From positions 4,526,001-4,590,000 of the forward strand of contig JAQOWU010000008.1 of the NCBI GenBank assembly GCA_030867685.1: DNA of 64,000 bases, read 5' to 3'. Origin of the DNA: Wickerhamiella versatilis. Taxonomy: Eukaryota. Shown here piece after piece: positions 21,973-33,392 of the stretch. Below the pieces are notes generated by a model. It saw only the letters and a program-made list of their open reading frames with translations, was not told the DNA's origin and did not search any database. A program made the translations under genes and the position numbers. How positions within the stretch are numbered: position 1 is the first letter of the stretch; each line of letters begins with the position of its first letter.

Positions 21973-23634
21973 ATGCAGTTACCTAGTGCTGTCACAAGTA
22001 TTGAGCAGGGAAAAGATATAATTGATCATGAGCAGGTTTCTGAGATCCCTGGTACGAATGATCTGGTGGATCTAGGACAAATGGAATCAGATCTCAGGCA
22101 TCTCGGGAAGGATGTTGTGCTTGTGCCACAGCCTTCGCAGGATCCTCAAGACCCATTAAACTGGAGCAAATTCCGGAAGGTTTTTTTCATGATACAGGTG
22201 ATTTTTGCCACCTTCATGGTGAGTTGTCTGACATCGGTTTTTGGTGTGGCTGTGACTGGCTATAGCACATTAGGGATTGACTCTGAAACGGTGAGCCGGG
22301 GGACAGCAGTATCTTTCTTATTATTTGGTTGGATTAATCTCTTTATCCAACCTGTGTCTCTGTCCTACGGACATCGTTTTTTTGTCCTCATGATGACACT
22401 GGGTTGCGGTGTTGGAGCAGTAATGTGGAGTCCCTACGTATCTTCTACCGGTACTTATTATGGTGCTCGTATTCTTCAGGGAATTCTGGGTGCCCCTTTC
22501 GAAAGCCTTATCGAACTTCTAGTAGCGGAGGTTTTCTTTGAGCATGAGCGAGCTTTTTGGATGTCTTCCTACGGGTTTGCTTTGGTCGGTGGCTCATTTT
22601 TTGGAACAGTGGCTGCAGCATGGATTGCTCAAAATATGTCTTGGCAATGGATGTTTTACTTCATCGCTATTTTTTGTGGTGCTGCTGGGGTTGTAATGAT
22701 ATTCTTTCTCGAAGAGAGCGGCTATGTTCGTCATATTTCAGTCCTTGAAGGTAGCCCAGTCAATCCTCCTCTTTCTAATGATCATAATAAGAAGTTATCC
22801 GAGAGTGGAGTTGCAGACTTCGAAGTGTTATCAAACTCAAAAGATTCAGAGGCACAACCTACCACGACAGTGCCTCCCAGAAAGCCTTATCCAACAATAC
22901 AGCTATTCAAAAAATTGAGGGCATTCCCTAGTTTGTGGCAGTTCTTACGCCCAATTGTGCTACTCTATAAAATGCCTCATATACAATGGGCTGGATGGAT
23001 GGTAGCATCTGGGTTAATAGGATTCAATGTGGTTACCGCGACAGTCTCGACAGTTTTTTCCTCCGAACCTTACAACTTTTCCGAGGGATCACTTGGACTT
23101 TGCTATATAGGTCCTGGAATTGGTACAATTCTAGGTTGTATTGTCTCAGGTCCTTTGAATGATTGGTTTTGCCTTCGTATTGCTAAAGCACGAGGTGGTA
23201 TCCATGAAGCTGAGGACAGAATATATGGTACTTTACCGCTCATTGTTTTGTATCCAGCGGGATATATTCTGTACGGGGTTGGAGCAGCACATGGGATTCA
23301 TTGGATTGGCCCAGTTATTGGTCTTGCTATTCTAGCTTTCTGCATGGTCGCTGCGACATCAATCCCTTACACATACGCAGTCGACTCGGCTGGTGGAATA
23401 GAGAGCGATTGTATTATTGCAATAGTTATTCTAAAAAGTACCGTTGTTTTTGCGGTATCTTTCGCGATTACAACTTGGGTTGACAGCCTAGGTTTGCAGA
23501 ATGCATTCATCTCTGTAGCCTTCATATTGGGGTTTGCATTTTGGATTACAGCTATCCCTATGATTTTATGGGCTAAACGTATCAGGATTCGAACGGCACC
23601 AGTTTATTACAAGTGGGCTGCTGAATGGATCTAA
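21973..23634 (+). CDS. MFS transporter, HOL1/DHA1-like
   Basis: PQPSQDPQDPLNWS, about 12 hydrophobic segments, FFEHER. Confidence 0.9.
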   Translation: MQLPSAVTSIEQGKDIIDHEQVSEIPGTNDLVDLGQMESDLRHLGKDVVLVPQPSQDPQDPLNWSKFRKVFFMIQVIFATFMVSCLTSVFGVAVTGYSTLGIDSETVSRGTAVSFLLFGWINLFIQPVSLSYGHRFFVLMMTLGCGVGAVMWSPYVSSTGTYYGARILQGILGAPFESLIELLVAEVFFEHERAFWMSSYGFALVGGSFFGTVAAAWIAQNMSWQWMFYFIAIFCGAAGVVMIFFLEESGYVRHISVLEGSPVNPPLSNDHNKKLSESGVADFEVLSNSKDSEAQPTTTVPPRKPYPTIQLFKKLRAFPSLWQFLRPIVLLYKMPHIQWAGWMVASGLIGFNVVTATVSTVFSSEPYNFSEGSLGLCYIGPGIGTILGCIVSGPLNDWFCLRIAKARGGIHEAEDRIYGTLPLIVLYPAGYILYGVGAAHGIHWIGPVIGLAILAFCMVAATSIPYTYAVDSAGGIESDCIIAIVILKSTVVFAVSFAITTWVDSLGLQNAFISVAFILGFAFWITAIPMILWAKRIRIRTAPVYYKWAAEWI

Positions 23635-24116
23635 CCGCCAAATTGGTCTATAAGCAATAGTTAAGCCCGAAGTTATAAATTTAGATGTTTCCAACATAGT
23701 TATTATAATATCTGAAAAAAATTAGCCAACCTAACTACTTCGCAGTGCTGCAATTGGTCCCCATTCACCGAAGAGATAGGGATAGCAATACAGCAACACC
23801 ATGGCGATCTTTTAGTCACACAAGGCGATATCACCGACTATCAGATAACGTCGCAAATTCAAAAAAGTCCCCGAATTTCGGAACAATAGAAACTCTAGCA
23901 CTTCTTACCACGTAATGATGGCCCTTTGAAAACCAAATCGGGTAGGAAGGAGCTGAATAGATACTATTACGGAAATGTAATGGTGGCCCTGTCGTTATTA
24001 TAGGGCAGCAGTGATGCGTATGTAAAGTAGCTAATATTAGGTGAGCAAAGATAGGAATTAGTCTACTAATAAAGTGTTATGTATCATACGCTAACACGGC
24101 AAACAACTTCTCGAGT

Positions 24117-25478
24117 ATGACATTAGTAGATCGTAGCAACCCCCATTTCAACGAGCAGGTACTGGGCGGCATGTTCAATGAATTACTGAAAGAGCTGCCT
24201 ACACCCGATGTTTATATTGCCCCTTACACTGTAGAAGAGGTGTGTGAAGCCGTAAAGTATGCCAGTAGCAACCAGCACCGTATAGCGGTTCGTTCCGGTG
24301 GATGTTCTTGGATAGGAGCATCCTGTCGCTCTCAGGGTATGCTCATCGACATGAAACACTTTAATAGGGTTGATATAAATGCTTCAAAGGGAATAGCGCT
24401 AGTTGGGCCTGCAATTCGAGGTAAAGAGCTTGGAAAAGAGCTGGCTACCCACGGTTTTGCGTTTCCTCTCGGTCACTGCGGTCATCCCGCTGTAGGCGGT
24501 TATCTACTAGGGGGTGGACTCGGTCTGAATTGGGGTGCCTGGAAGCCTGCATGCTACTCTGTACGTTCTATTGATTTCGTGACACCAGAAGGAAACTTTT
24601 TTCATGCTAATGACATTGAAAATAGCAAGTGGCTTTGGATGGCAAGAGGTATGGGGCCGGCTTTCCCAGGTATTATTACTCGCTATGAGCTAGCTCTGAA
24701 GAACTATCCTAATGCCACCCGAGTATCGCGATACGTGTTTGACTATTCTCAGGCCGATAAGGTGGGTGAATGGGTGACCAGAATTTCTCACCAAGTACCA
24801 AATACTGTTGAACTGGTACTAGTAGCCATGGGACCAGATAGAGATTTTCTAAAAGTTCAAGATGGTTTTAATACGCATTTGGTAGTAATTACTGGCATTG
24901 CTTACATGGATACTGTTGAAGAGGCGCGACGAGCGCTGTCACCATTATCACATACTCCAGTCTCACCATTGATGGCCAGTGAAATGCTAGATGTTCCTTT
25001 TGAGAAGATACATGAATTGATAGATGCTTGCTTTCCAGAAAAACATCGCTATGCCGTTGATAGTTTCTGGTCCACGGAGTCGACTGAAACCATCCTGCCT
25101 CGACTAAGCAAGTCTGTCTACGGGGCGCCTTCAGGTAAAAATTTTATCATGGCCATTATGCCAGGTAATGGCTCACCAAACTTAAGCCTGGATAATAAAA
25201 TCGGTTCTTACTCTACTGATTTCAAGACTGTTGTGTTATCGTATGCTGTCTGGAATTTACCAGAAAAAGACCAGGCAAATATTATGTGGACCAAAGAGGT
25301 TGGGCAAGCAATAGAAGAAGTGACCGTTGGGCATTTTATCAACGAAACTGATCTTATCAGAAAGCCATCGCGAATTAGAAATTCTTTCTCGGAGGAAGCC
25401 TTTAGCAGAATAACAAGCTATAAGTCTCATCTGGATCCCCACGATAGGTTCTGGTTTTACCCCAGAATGCCACAATAG
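24117..25478 (+). CDS. FAD-binding oxidoreductase (VAO/BBE family), bacterial-like
   Basis: AVRSGGCSW, FPLGHC..PAVGGYLLGGGLG, WMARGMG, C-terminal LDPHDRF. Confidence 0.88.
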   Translation: MTLVDRSNPHFNEQVLGGMFNELLKELPTPDVYIAPYTVEEVCEAVKYASSNQHRIAVRSGGCSWIGASCRSQGMLIDMKHFNRVDINASKGIALVGPAIRGKELGKELATHGFAFPLGHCGHPAVGGYLLGGGLGLNWGAWKPACYSVRSIDFVTPEGNFFHANDIENSKWLWMARGMGPAFPGIITRYELALKNYPNATRVSRYVFDYSQADKVGEWVTRISHQVPNTVELVLVAMGPDRDFLKVQDGFNTHLVVITGIAYMDTVEEARRALSPLSHTPVSPLMASEMLDVPFEKIHELIDACFPEKHRYAVDSFWSTESTETILPRLSKSVYGAPSGKNFIMAIMPGNGSPNLSLDNKIGSYSTDFKTVVLSYAVWNLPEKDQANIMWTKEVGQAIEEVTVGHFINETDLIRKPSRIRNSFSEEAFSRITSYKSHLDPHDRFWFYPRMPQ

Positions 25479-25530
25479 CTGCAAGTATTTCTACAATACA
25501 TAATTTGATAACAAATTGAATATGATTAGT

Positions 25531-25546
25531 ATTGCAAGATAGCCCA
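25531..25546 (+). repeat. Dispersed boundary site, right half
   Basis: ATTGCAAGATAGCCCA, about 50 bp after the oxidase stop. Confidence 0.7.
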
Positions 25547-26195
25547 ATTTTATACATGATATAGCGTCAAATATAGCCTTTCGTCCTTTATCTGGAACAG
25601 CAAGTAAACAAACAGAACTTTCTTATACATTTGAATCCTATAGATATGGAATACATCCAAGAATTACGTAATTGAGTATTAGATACAGATATTGTATTCA
25701 ATCCGATAACGAAAAAAACATGCAGGAAGAACATACAATTATTCATGATGATAATATATCCGAAGGGGGTTTGTATTGTGATAGGCTATGACATAGCAAA
25801 TAGGATTGCTGGAAAGCATTTGAGCAGCGAAGATTATATACGTTTACAGCTTGATTTATCATTACAAAACTCCGGTAACCATAGTAGTGGTTGAATGGCT
25901 GTTAAACTTGAGTCGATGACAAAAAGCATATTTCTCATAGAATAAGATGCAAAGTTTCATAGATATTTGCCATAGTATGCTATCTTTTTGAATCGATGGG
26001 ATTTTCGACTATATATCCTTCTAGAATCAGCTTGTTTGGATTTTACTCGATTGCTATGTCTGCCAATGAATGCTCTATCTTACTGGACTTGTGGAATTCA
26101 CATGATGTGACCTACTTAGGAGATAAAACTTACTACCATCGAGATTTGTTGCCTAACCAGCTATCGTTACTAATATATATCTCTGCTCATTGTAG

Positions 26196-27941
26196 ATGAA
26201 GCGATCGTGCGATCGTTGTCACAAAAGAAAAGAGCTATGTCGGGGAGGCAATCCCTGTGATCGCTGTCAAAGGGATAATGTGGAGTGCTCATATATTAGA
26301 ATAGTCAAGAAGAGTGGGCGCCCAAAGGGTCCTGAAAGAGTCTCTCTCAGAGGGAAGTATAGTAAGAACGGATGCATTCCGTGTAGGAGGCAAAAGAAAA
26401 AATGCGATGAAGGGTATCCTAATTGTAAAAATTGTACAAGGAAGTTGAGATCTTGCTGGTACTCGTCTAGTTCGAACGAGCTCAGCAATGTCAATGAGTC
26501 CACAAGCCTAGCCAATTCACAATGGATAGAGGGTGCTTGTCCCTCCCCTCCATCACAGCCTGACCTATTGGAAGAAAGCCAAGGACCTTTACCTCCATCA
26601 AAGTTTCTTAATACCACTGAAAGAATGTTCCTTGATTCACTAGTGGATACCCCTCTGCTGACCGAGGTGTTCTCGCCTTCGTCGAATCCTTCAGCTCCGT
26701 TCAACTCAGTTGAGTATTATGAGGAACAGAAAATGGAGATCTTGGCCTCTTGTATGCTTAACTCGGTTGGTCTTCCCGCTAAGGAGAGGGATCTACTCTG
26801 CTACTTCGTAAATGATGTGTCTATGCTGCTATTTGCTGACAAGACAACTACGAGGTTTCTGGGTACGGTAATACCTCTCAGTCTCGTGGACAAGCGAGTT
26901 AGGTATCCTATTCTTGCTATTGCGAGCTCACACAGAGTCAATAGCACCACCAACCACGATTGCCACGTAATGAGAGACGCAGTTCAGTACAGAGCCATGG
27001 CGCAGTGCTGCTTGACGGGGCAAAATAGTGATTTTTTTGATGAAACAGAAAATGTTCTTCTAGGCATATGCTTAGTTTCGATTCAGGAAATTTTTGAAGG
27101 GAACTCTCTATATTGGAGTAGCGCGCTAGAAAAAGGTTCGGAAATTATTAAAATGCGGGGCGGATTTCGAAAAGTTTCAGAAACCTCACCTTTATCTATT
27201 CAATTGTTTTGTTACCTTGACCACGTATCATCTCTAAGCACCTGTGCTACCCCTTATGTTGACAGAAGCGGGGATAATAGCGCTTATTCGAACTACGCTG
27301 GTAACCGTGTTGAAGATATTTTGAACTGCAAATTTGGCTTCAAATTTGGCATTGCAGGGGAGCTTTTTAAAATTATGGGGAATATTTCCACACTCGCTGG
27401 TTTGAGATCTATCAGATACCGGTCCCCACGGCACGAAGAACAGTTCGATTCTCTTGCTAATTTGATCGAAATGAAGCTGCAGAACTGGTCACCTTCGCAT
27501 ATAGAGCACATAAATGGTTTCGTAATGAACGAAGATACTATTCTTGGTGAGAAAGCCCGTTCATCATACTGCCTGGCGCTCCAATGGGCATGTTTCTTGA
27601 GGCTTCACCAGGTTAGGGAAGGTTACAATCGTCAGGATTCCAGGGTGAAAGCCTGCCTGTCTATAATACTAAAGTCTATCAAGTCAATTGAAAACAACTC
27701 TGAACTGGAAACAGGACTCATGTTCCCTCTAATTATGGCCGGTGCTGTATGTGTGGATAATTCGGATAGAGAATATGTCTTATCGCGCATACAATCGATC
27801 AAAGAAAAGCTGAGATTTAATTATATTGGCGAGTTCGAGAAATTGCTAGGTTTTGTCTGGGATAGAGATGAAATGGAGGGCAATTACGTGAACTGGGCTA
27901 AGATCCGTTTCTATCAGTTTCCGGGATTAGTTATTTTCTAG
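26196..27941 (+). CDS. Zn2Cys6 transcription factor with two zinc clusters and a fungal TF domain; a short upstream exon is possible
   Basis: CDRCHKRKELC...CDRC...C and CIPCRRQKKKC...CKNC...C; TACTAAT...TGTAG lies immediately before the ATG. Confidence 0.9.
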   Translation: MKRSCDRCHKRKELCRGGNPCDRCQRDNVECSYIRIVKKSGRPKGPERVSLRGKYSKNGCIPCRRQKKKCDEGYPNCKNCTRKLRSCWYSSSSNELSNVNESTSLANSQWIEGACPSPPSQPDLLEESQGPLPPSKFLNTTERMFLDSLVDTPLLTEVFSPSSNPSAPFNSVEYYEEQKMEILASCMLNSVGLPAKERDLLCYFVNDVSMLLFADKTTTRFLGTVIPLSLVDKRVRYPILAIASSHRVNSTTNHDCHVMRDAVQYRAMAQCCLTGQNSDFFDETENVLLGICLVSIQEIFEGNSLYWSSALEKGSEIIKMRGGFRKVSETSPLSIQLFCYLDHVSSLSTCATPYVDRSGDNSAYSNYAGNRVEDILNCKFGFKFGIAGELFKIMGNISTLAGLRSIRYRSPRHEEQFDSLANLIEMKLQNWSPSHIEHINGFVMNEDTILGEKARSSYCLALQWACFLRLHQVREGYNRQDSRVKACLSIILKSIKSIENNSELETGLMFPLIMAGAVCVDNSDREYVLSRIQSIKEKLRFNYIGEFEKLLGFVWDRDEMEGNYVNWAKIRFYQFPGLVIF

Positions 27942-28083
27942 TACTGCGGTGTTTACCGATAGCTTTTGCATCAATCCGACATGGTATTAGACTAAATAGC
28001 AAAGGATGGGGGGATTTATTCGATTTCGTAATTTCGTATAGAAATATTAATATATTTTCTAGTTGAACCAATAGCTTCGAGTC

Positions 28084-28111
28084 GCGGCAGCGGCAGCGGC
28101 AGCGGCAGCGG
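28084..28111. repeat. (GCGGCA)n hexanucleotide microsatellite
   Basis: About 4.5 perfect units. Confidence 0.85.
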
Positions 28112-28475
28112 AGATCTCCAGAGGGTCCAGCGCTGAACCCCCGACTAATTTGGCTCAAGTGCTCATGAATACATCCACTTGTCTCGCGTGGCTTTGATCG
28201 CGGATATGAAATGTCTCTTGAAAAATTTTCAGAACCCTCGAAATAAATATATGACAGATGAATTATTTCCGCGCTTGTATCAGCGTGTCAGTATTCGAAG
28301 AAAATTTTCATGGATCTGGGAGGGGTGGGGGCGAGTAGCGAGCGTCATAGCTGTCTAGGTGTCAAAATCCAGAGAATTGTAAATTATAAGACGATAAAAT
28401 GCGTCATAGGCACATACTCGGGCAAAAAAAAAGATATTGCTGACCGAATATACTTATTTTATGAAAACAGACATT

Positions 28476-29797
28476 TCAAGGGCTTATACTCTTTTTGTAG
28501 ATTTCATCTTCACTTGTCTCACAATGTTCTTCATAAAATTTCTTCACCCCGATATAGATGGCTCCGAACAAGGCAAAAAAATATAGAAAACTTGGACATA
28601 AATGAGCAGCAAGGAATGTAACTAGCATTAGTGCAGTTAGCGCCTTATTGGAAGAACTACCACAGGCCACCAGTTTATCTACACTCTTCCAGAGCCTCCC
28701 GAAAAGAGTTTGAAATATTCCTGAGAGCTGATAAGCTCCAAGATAAGCTATTAGCACCGACTCAATTTTAGCAAACGATATGAAATCGGTTCCTAGCTTC
28801 TCATACCTCCTAGTCTTCCATGATACACTATCCAAAGTATTACTGTAACTTCTCAGATATCTCCCAGCGAGTAAAATATCAATTATCTGGAATATAGTAA
28901 AAATCAGATATGTTCTATTGTGATTTACTCTGTCCTGATACTGTGCGGGAGGAGACACACGTCGTGAGCTTCGGCAAATCATAGTAAAAATCGCGAGTTC
29001 ATGGAACGAGGCACACAATACCCCGGAAAAAAAGTATTCCTGACCCACCTGGGCTGTTGACCACAAGCAGAGAATGCCATGTATGACGCATAGGCCCATT
29101 ACGCTCGCCGGTAGCCCTCTCCTCGCAGTAGACCAAAAATTCATCGGTAAGGTTGAAACACCTAAGACAAGTAAAATCCCCAGAACCAACTGCATTGGGC
29201 GGAGCGAATTCAGAAGTTTGACCGAGATAACGGGGAGAACTCTAGGTGCAATTACGAAGGGTCCAGTTAAAGGAAGACTCAGTATTGCAAGGGAAAAGGG
29301 ACTGGGATACCCAACTATAGTATGCCTTTGAAGCACCAATACTGATGTCAATAAAAAAAACCCGTGACACAGCACGGAATACTATTGTGCCCGACTGAAA
29401 CGGCTATTGCATTGGGGAAATCTGCATCAGGATGTACGGAAACAAAATCTCTGACAAGATCACTTTCAACTAGGCCTTCTTCCAGGTTCTCCTTATTGAC
29501 AAGATAGGTGGCTACAAGAATCAATGAGCTGCATATAAGTATTCCTGTAAATCGGACCCAGGCGGAATAATTGCGAGGCGCATAGGTATATCTCACAAGA
29601 AATGGGAGAAAGCATAGTAGCCCTATAACCCACCTGAGCTTCCACGCAAGACTTACAGCTTCGGGGACTGCTAGTGAGTTGACGCATACGAAGAATAACG
29701 CGAGCGAGTCGACTGGTAACATTCTTCTGCCCTCCCCTGATTCAGTATTTTCGTACTTCTCCTCTGAACATTCGGCTATATCGCTGGCGTCACCCAT
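28476..29797 (-). pseudogene. Orphan multi-pass membrane protein split by a frameshift near 29350-29400
   Basis: Two overlapping hydrophobic ORFs (29348-29797 and 28476-29375) on the same strand; no clear intron signals. Confidence 0.6.
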
Positions 29798-30101
29798 CTA
29801 AGTTTAGAACGGCTGGTTCTGTTTTGGGTAGTTTGATTAATAACACCCTCGCAAGATGATATGCTTATCTGAAATTGAAATCCATTAGTAGCTGGTAGTG
29901 GGCTATAATTTTCGCCTGATTATGCTGATTTGCACAATTAAGTTGTATTACAAGATCAATAGTATGGTATATCCTAGAAAATAGCCCTGAGAGTCCACGT
30001 TAATGCTGCTTGTCTGAGAGCAGCTCTACAAAGAAAAGACTATTTCTTTTTTACAGTCCACTACTGCTCTTCGCGACTGCCTTCCTTTTCTTTGTGAGTA
30101 A

Positions 30102-30131
30102 TACCAGACTGGCTGGACAATGCAGGATAGC
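30102..30131 (+). repeat. Dispersed boundary site
   Basis: TACCAGACTGGCTGGACAATGCAGGATAGC. Confidence 0.88.
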
Positions 30132-30209
30132 TAGTTAAGTTTTCAACTAAATATTTACAGATTCACTGCGAGCAAATCGCAGTACGTAAGCTAATCTGAC
30201 TCGTCACAA

Positions 30210-32132
30210 ATGTCTAAAAATTACGGGGAGTGGCAGCTGACGTTTGACGAGAACAGTATCGCGTGGTTGCGGTTGGACTGCAGGGACTCCTCTGTTAATA
30301 CTCTTTCTGAGCAGGTCCTTGATAACTTATCCTTGGCTCTTGATGGCTTGAATACCTCGATACCCAGGGGACTAGTTTTTTGCTCCGGTAAAAAACATAG
30401 TTTCATATTAGGGGCTAATATTGATGAGCTTGCTAGTTTTGATATTGTCGATAATGCGCTAGCGTTGATTCGAAAAGGATGGACTCTATTCGATCGTATC
30501 TCATGTCTCCCGTACGCGACTTTGGCCCTAATAAATGGCAATTGTCTTGGAGGAGGCTTGGAGCTAGCTCTATCCTGTAGGTATCGAGTTGCTATTGATG
30601 ATTCAATGAGCTTGGGGCTTCCGGAGGTCTTGCTTGGAATTATGCCATGCTGGGGTGGTATCAAACGCCTTCCCGAAGTAGTGGGCGTTACAGAGGCACT
30701 GAAAATGATTCTAAGCGGCAAATTAATCTCCCATAGGAAAGCGCTGGACCTTGGACTTATAGATCAACTCATTTCTCGAGAACATTATAATGCTGAAGAT
30801 GTGGTGAATAAGGTTATAGTATCAGGTCGGTATCCGAGAAGAGCGAGCCTCTTGCAGAGACTTTTGGCAGTTTATCCCCTGAACTACTACATTGTCATGC
30901 GAAAAACTCTGCAAGCTATTGACGCAAAGGATATGTGGCACCACTATCCCGCTCCACGAAGTATCCTTGATGTGTGGAGTAACCATCAAGGTAACCCGCT
31001 GGGGAATCCATCTGCTATTGAACATCTGTTGCAGTCTTCTGTCACTCGGCAGCTAATTCGACTATTTAAGTTACAGCAACGACTGAAAAAAGTTGGGGGC
31101 GGAAGGGACAGCGTCGGAATCACACATGTCCACTTAATTGCCACTGGAAGCCCTGGTGGGAACATAGTTGCAATGTGTGCTCTCAAAGGATTTACTATTA
31201 CGGTACAGGGTAGAGAAGATATTATAAGACAGACGATAGGAGAGGCACGAGACTGTTGCCGTCGATATCTCAGAGATAACTCTGAGGCCATCGATGCAGC
31301 AACCAGTCGAATTACAGAGGATCCAGAGGGAAAGGGCATAACGAAGGCACAGGCATTCATTGAAACATCTAGCGATAACCTAGAGGCCTCCATATACATA
31401 TTGAACTCACTACGGACGGGAGCTGAGTCCCAATCGTTATCACCTGGTGCAGCTGTTCCCGAAGTACGCGAAACTTTGACAAAGACGATGCAAGATTCAG
31501 TTAAAGTGCATTTTGTAGACGAGGTGTATCATTCGCCTCTGGTGGAAGTGATTCAAGCTGGAAATACCGAAACGAACGAGTTCAGGGATGTATGTGCATT
31601 TATGAAGCTTCTAAGTAGGCTCCCGTTTCCTGTAAAAGGATCACCAGGTCTTCTAGTTGATTCAGTCGTGAAGGCTTATATATTAGGCTCTATTTCTGCC
31701 TTAGAGAGTGGGAAATCAAGAGAAGAAATAGATATCTCCATGCTGAAATTTGGGATGTCTATGGGGCCACTGGAACTTCTTGACAGGATCGGACTTGACA
31801 GCTTCTGTCGTAATTTGCTCGATACGGAAATACCCCTGTGCTTAAGGGAAAAAATCAAGAAACGAGAACTTGGTAAAAAAAGTGGACTGGGATTTTACGC
31901 CTGGAAAGATGGTAATCCAGTTAGAGGAAAAAAAATACATGAGTACTCAGAAGCACTTGACTTAGGATTTGCTACAACCCTTGTTGAGCCACTGGTCAGG
32001 GTGACACATCAACTGGTGGAAGATGGTATCGTGGAAGATGCAGATTTGGCTGATGCTGGAGTGGTCTTTGGGATAGGGTATGCTCCATTCAGTGGTGGTC
32101 CTCTGAGCGACAATCGTATTCCAAGAAGGTAG
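30210..32132 (+). CDS. Bacterial FadJ/FadB-type enoyl-CoA hydratase/3-hydroxyacyl-CoA dehydrogenase fusion with a degenerate dehydrogenase domain
   Basis: FILGANI, CLGGGLELALSC, LGLPEV, MGPLELLDRIGLD, LGKKSGLGFY, DAGVVFGIGYAPFSGGPL. Confidence 0.88.
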   Translation: MSKNYGEWQLTFDENSIAWLRLDCRDSSVNTLSEQVLDNLSLALDGLNTSIPRGLVFCSGKKHSFILGANIDELASFDIVDNALALIRKGWTLFDRISCLPYATLALINGNCLGGGLELALSCRYRVAIDDSMSLGLPEVLLGIMPCWGGIKRLPEVVGVTEALKMILSGKLISHRKALDLGLIDQLISREHYNAEDVVNKVIVSGRYPRRASLLQRLLAVYPLNYYIVMRKTLQAIDAKDMWHHYPAPRSILDVWSNHQGNPLGNPSAIEHLLQSSVTRQLIRLFKLQQRLKKVGGGRDSVGITHVHLIATGSPGGNIVAMCALKGFTITVQGREDIIRQTIGEARDCCRRYLRDNSEAIDAATSRITEDPEGKGITKAQAFIETSSDNLEASIYILNSLRTGAESQSLSPGAAVPEVRETLTKTMQDSVKVHFVDEVYHSPLVEVIQAGNTETNEFRDVCAFMKLLSRLPFPVKGSPGLLVDSVVKAYILGSISALESGKSREEIDISMLKFGMSMGPLELLDRIGLDSFCRNLLDTEIPLCLREKIKKRELGKKSGLGFYAWKDGNPVRGKKIHEYSEALDLGFATTLVEPLVRVTHQLVEDGIVEDADLADAGVVFGIGYAPFSGGPLSDNRIPRR

Positions 32133-32501
32133 AAAATGCATGAATTCTCTTTTAACTTTCTTTTGAAGTCACGGACCAACCAATTCACCACTTAAAACTG
32201 ATTGGACACAGTGCGGGATGTAAGGATGACCGTTGGGTGATTCTCAAGGGAATTTCGTTTCAAAGCAGTTTTCGTGCCATGGCAGGAGAATGGTATGTGC
32301 AAGGTACCCCCACATGAAGGGAAGTAAGACGAACAATTATAGCCCACTACTCTTCCTGTGACCGCATACAACTGCGCTCAACACCCATCCTGAGAGAGCA
32401 ATAACGGCCTGTTATTCTGACATACCTTGATCCCCGCAAAGTCTGGGCTTACGATATATAGTATGTGTAATACAGTAGTAATATGAAATCCATTGTTAAG
32501 G

Positions 32502-33392
32502 ATGTTCCAGGACTTCTCGAGCAAATACTTTGAGATACCTGCAGGTGTCACTATTCATGCTCGCATTGGTGGCGAGGGTCCACCTGTGCTTCTGCTCCAT
32601 GGATATCCGGAAACCTCTGCATGCTGGAACGCAGTTGCTCCTGAGCTCATATCAGCAGGATATTCTGTGATCGTTCCGGACCTCAGAGGTTACGGAGCTT
32701 CGAGCAAGCCATCTTCAAGCAAAAATCATGAGACTTATTCTAAACGAGTTATGGCAACGGACCAGGTTCAATTGATGCGTTTATTGGGACATGATCACTT
32801 TTTCCTAGTCGGCCATGATCGGGGAGGGCGCGTCGCACACCGGCTCGCCTTAGATTACCCGGATATATTAGATGGGATTGTTCTGCTCGATATAGTGCCA
32901 ACGGCTACAATGTATAATAGGACCGATAAGAGGTTCGCATCTGCGTATTATCATTGGTTTTTTCTCATACAGCCAGCACCATTTCCCGAAAGGCTTATTG
33001 GAAATGACCCAGACTTTGTTCTTCAGAATCTACTGGGCTCCTTGGGTCGATCTGGCTTAAGCTTTTTTTCAGACGAAGCAATCGAAGAGTACCACAAGTA
33101 TTTCAAGGACCCTGCATGCATAGCGGCCACTTGTGAGGATTACAGAGCAGCTGCATCAATCGACCTAGTGCATGATGAAGAAGATAAACATCGGCTTGTT
33201 GCTGCTCCATTGCTGGTTCTTTGGGGGGCTAATGGGGTTGTTGGAAGCCTCTACGACGTTATCTCCATCTGGAAAGAAAAGGCCGGTAATGTTGACGGAT
33301 ACAGTCTCTCCGCCGGTCATTTCATTCCCGAAGAGTCTCCTAAAGAGACTGCACGAGCTCTAGTCTCTTTTTTCAGGAAGCTGGCTCAGTAA
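32502..33392 (+). CDS. Haloacetate/fluoroacetate dehalogenase-like alpha/beta hydrolase, bacterial-like
   Basis: LLHGYPE, YSKRVMA, VGHDRGGRV, YYHWFFL, CEDYRA, GHFIPEE. Confidence 0.9.
   Translation: MFQDFSSKYFEIPAGVTIHARIGGEGPPVLLLHGYPETSACWNAVAPELISAGYSVIVPDLRGYGASSKPSSSKNHETYSKRVMATDQVQLMRLLGHDHFFLVGHDRGGRVAHRLALDYPDILDGIVLLDIVPTATMYNRTDKRFASAYYHWFFLIQPAPFPERLIGNDPDFVLQNLLGSLGRSGLSFFSDEAIEEYHKYFKDPACIAATCEDYRAAASIDLVHDEEDKHRLVAAPLLVLWGANGVVGSLYDVISIWKEKAGNVDGYSLSAGHFIPEESPKETARALVSFFRKLAQ

Noticed and set aside
28218-28301. RRPE-like TGAAAAATTTT motifs
   Set aside because: They lie between convergent gene ends with no ribosome-biogenesis gene nearby; AT-rich chance match is plausible
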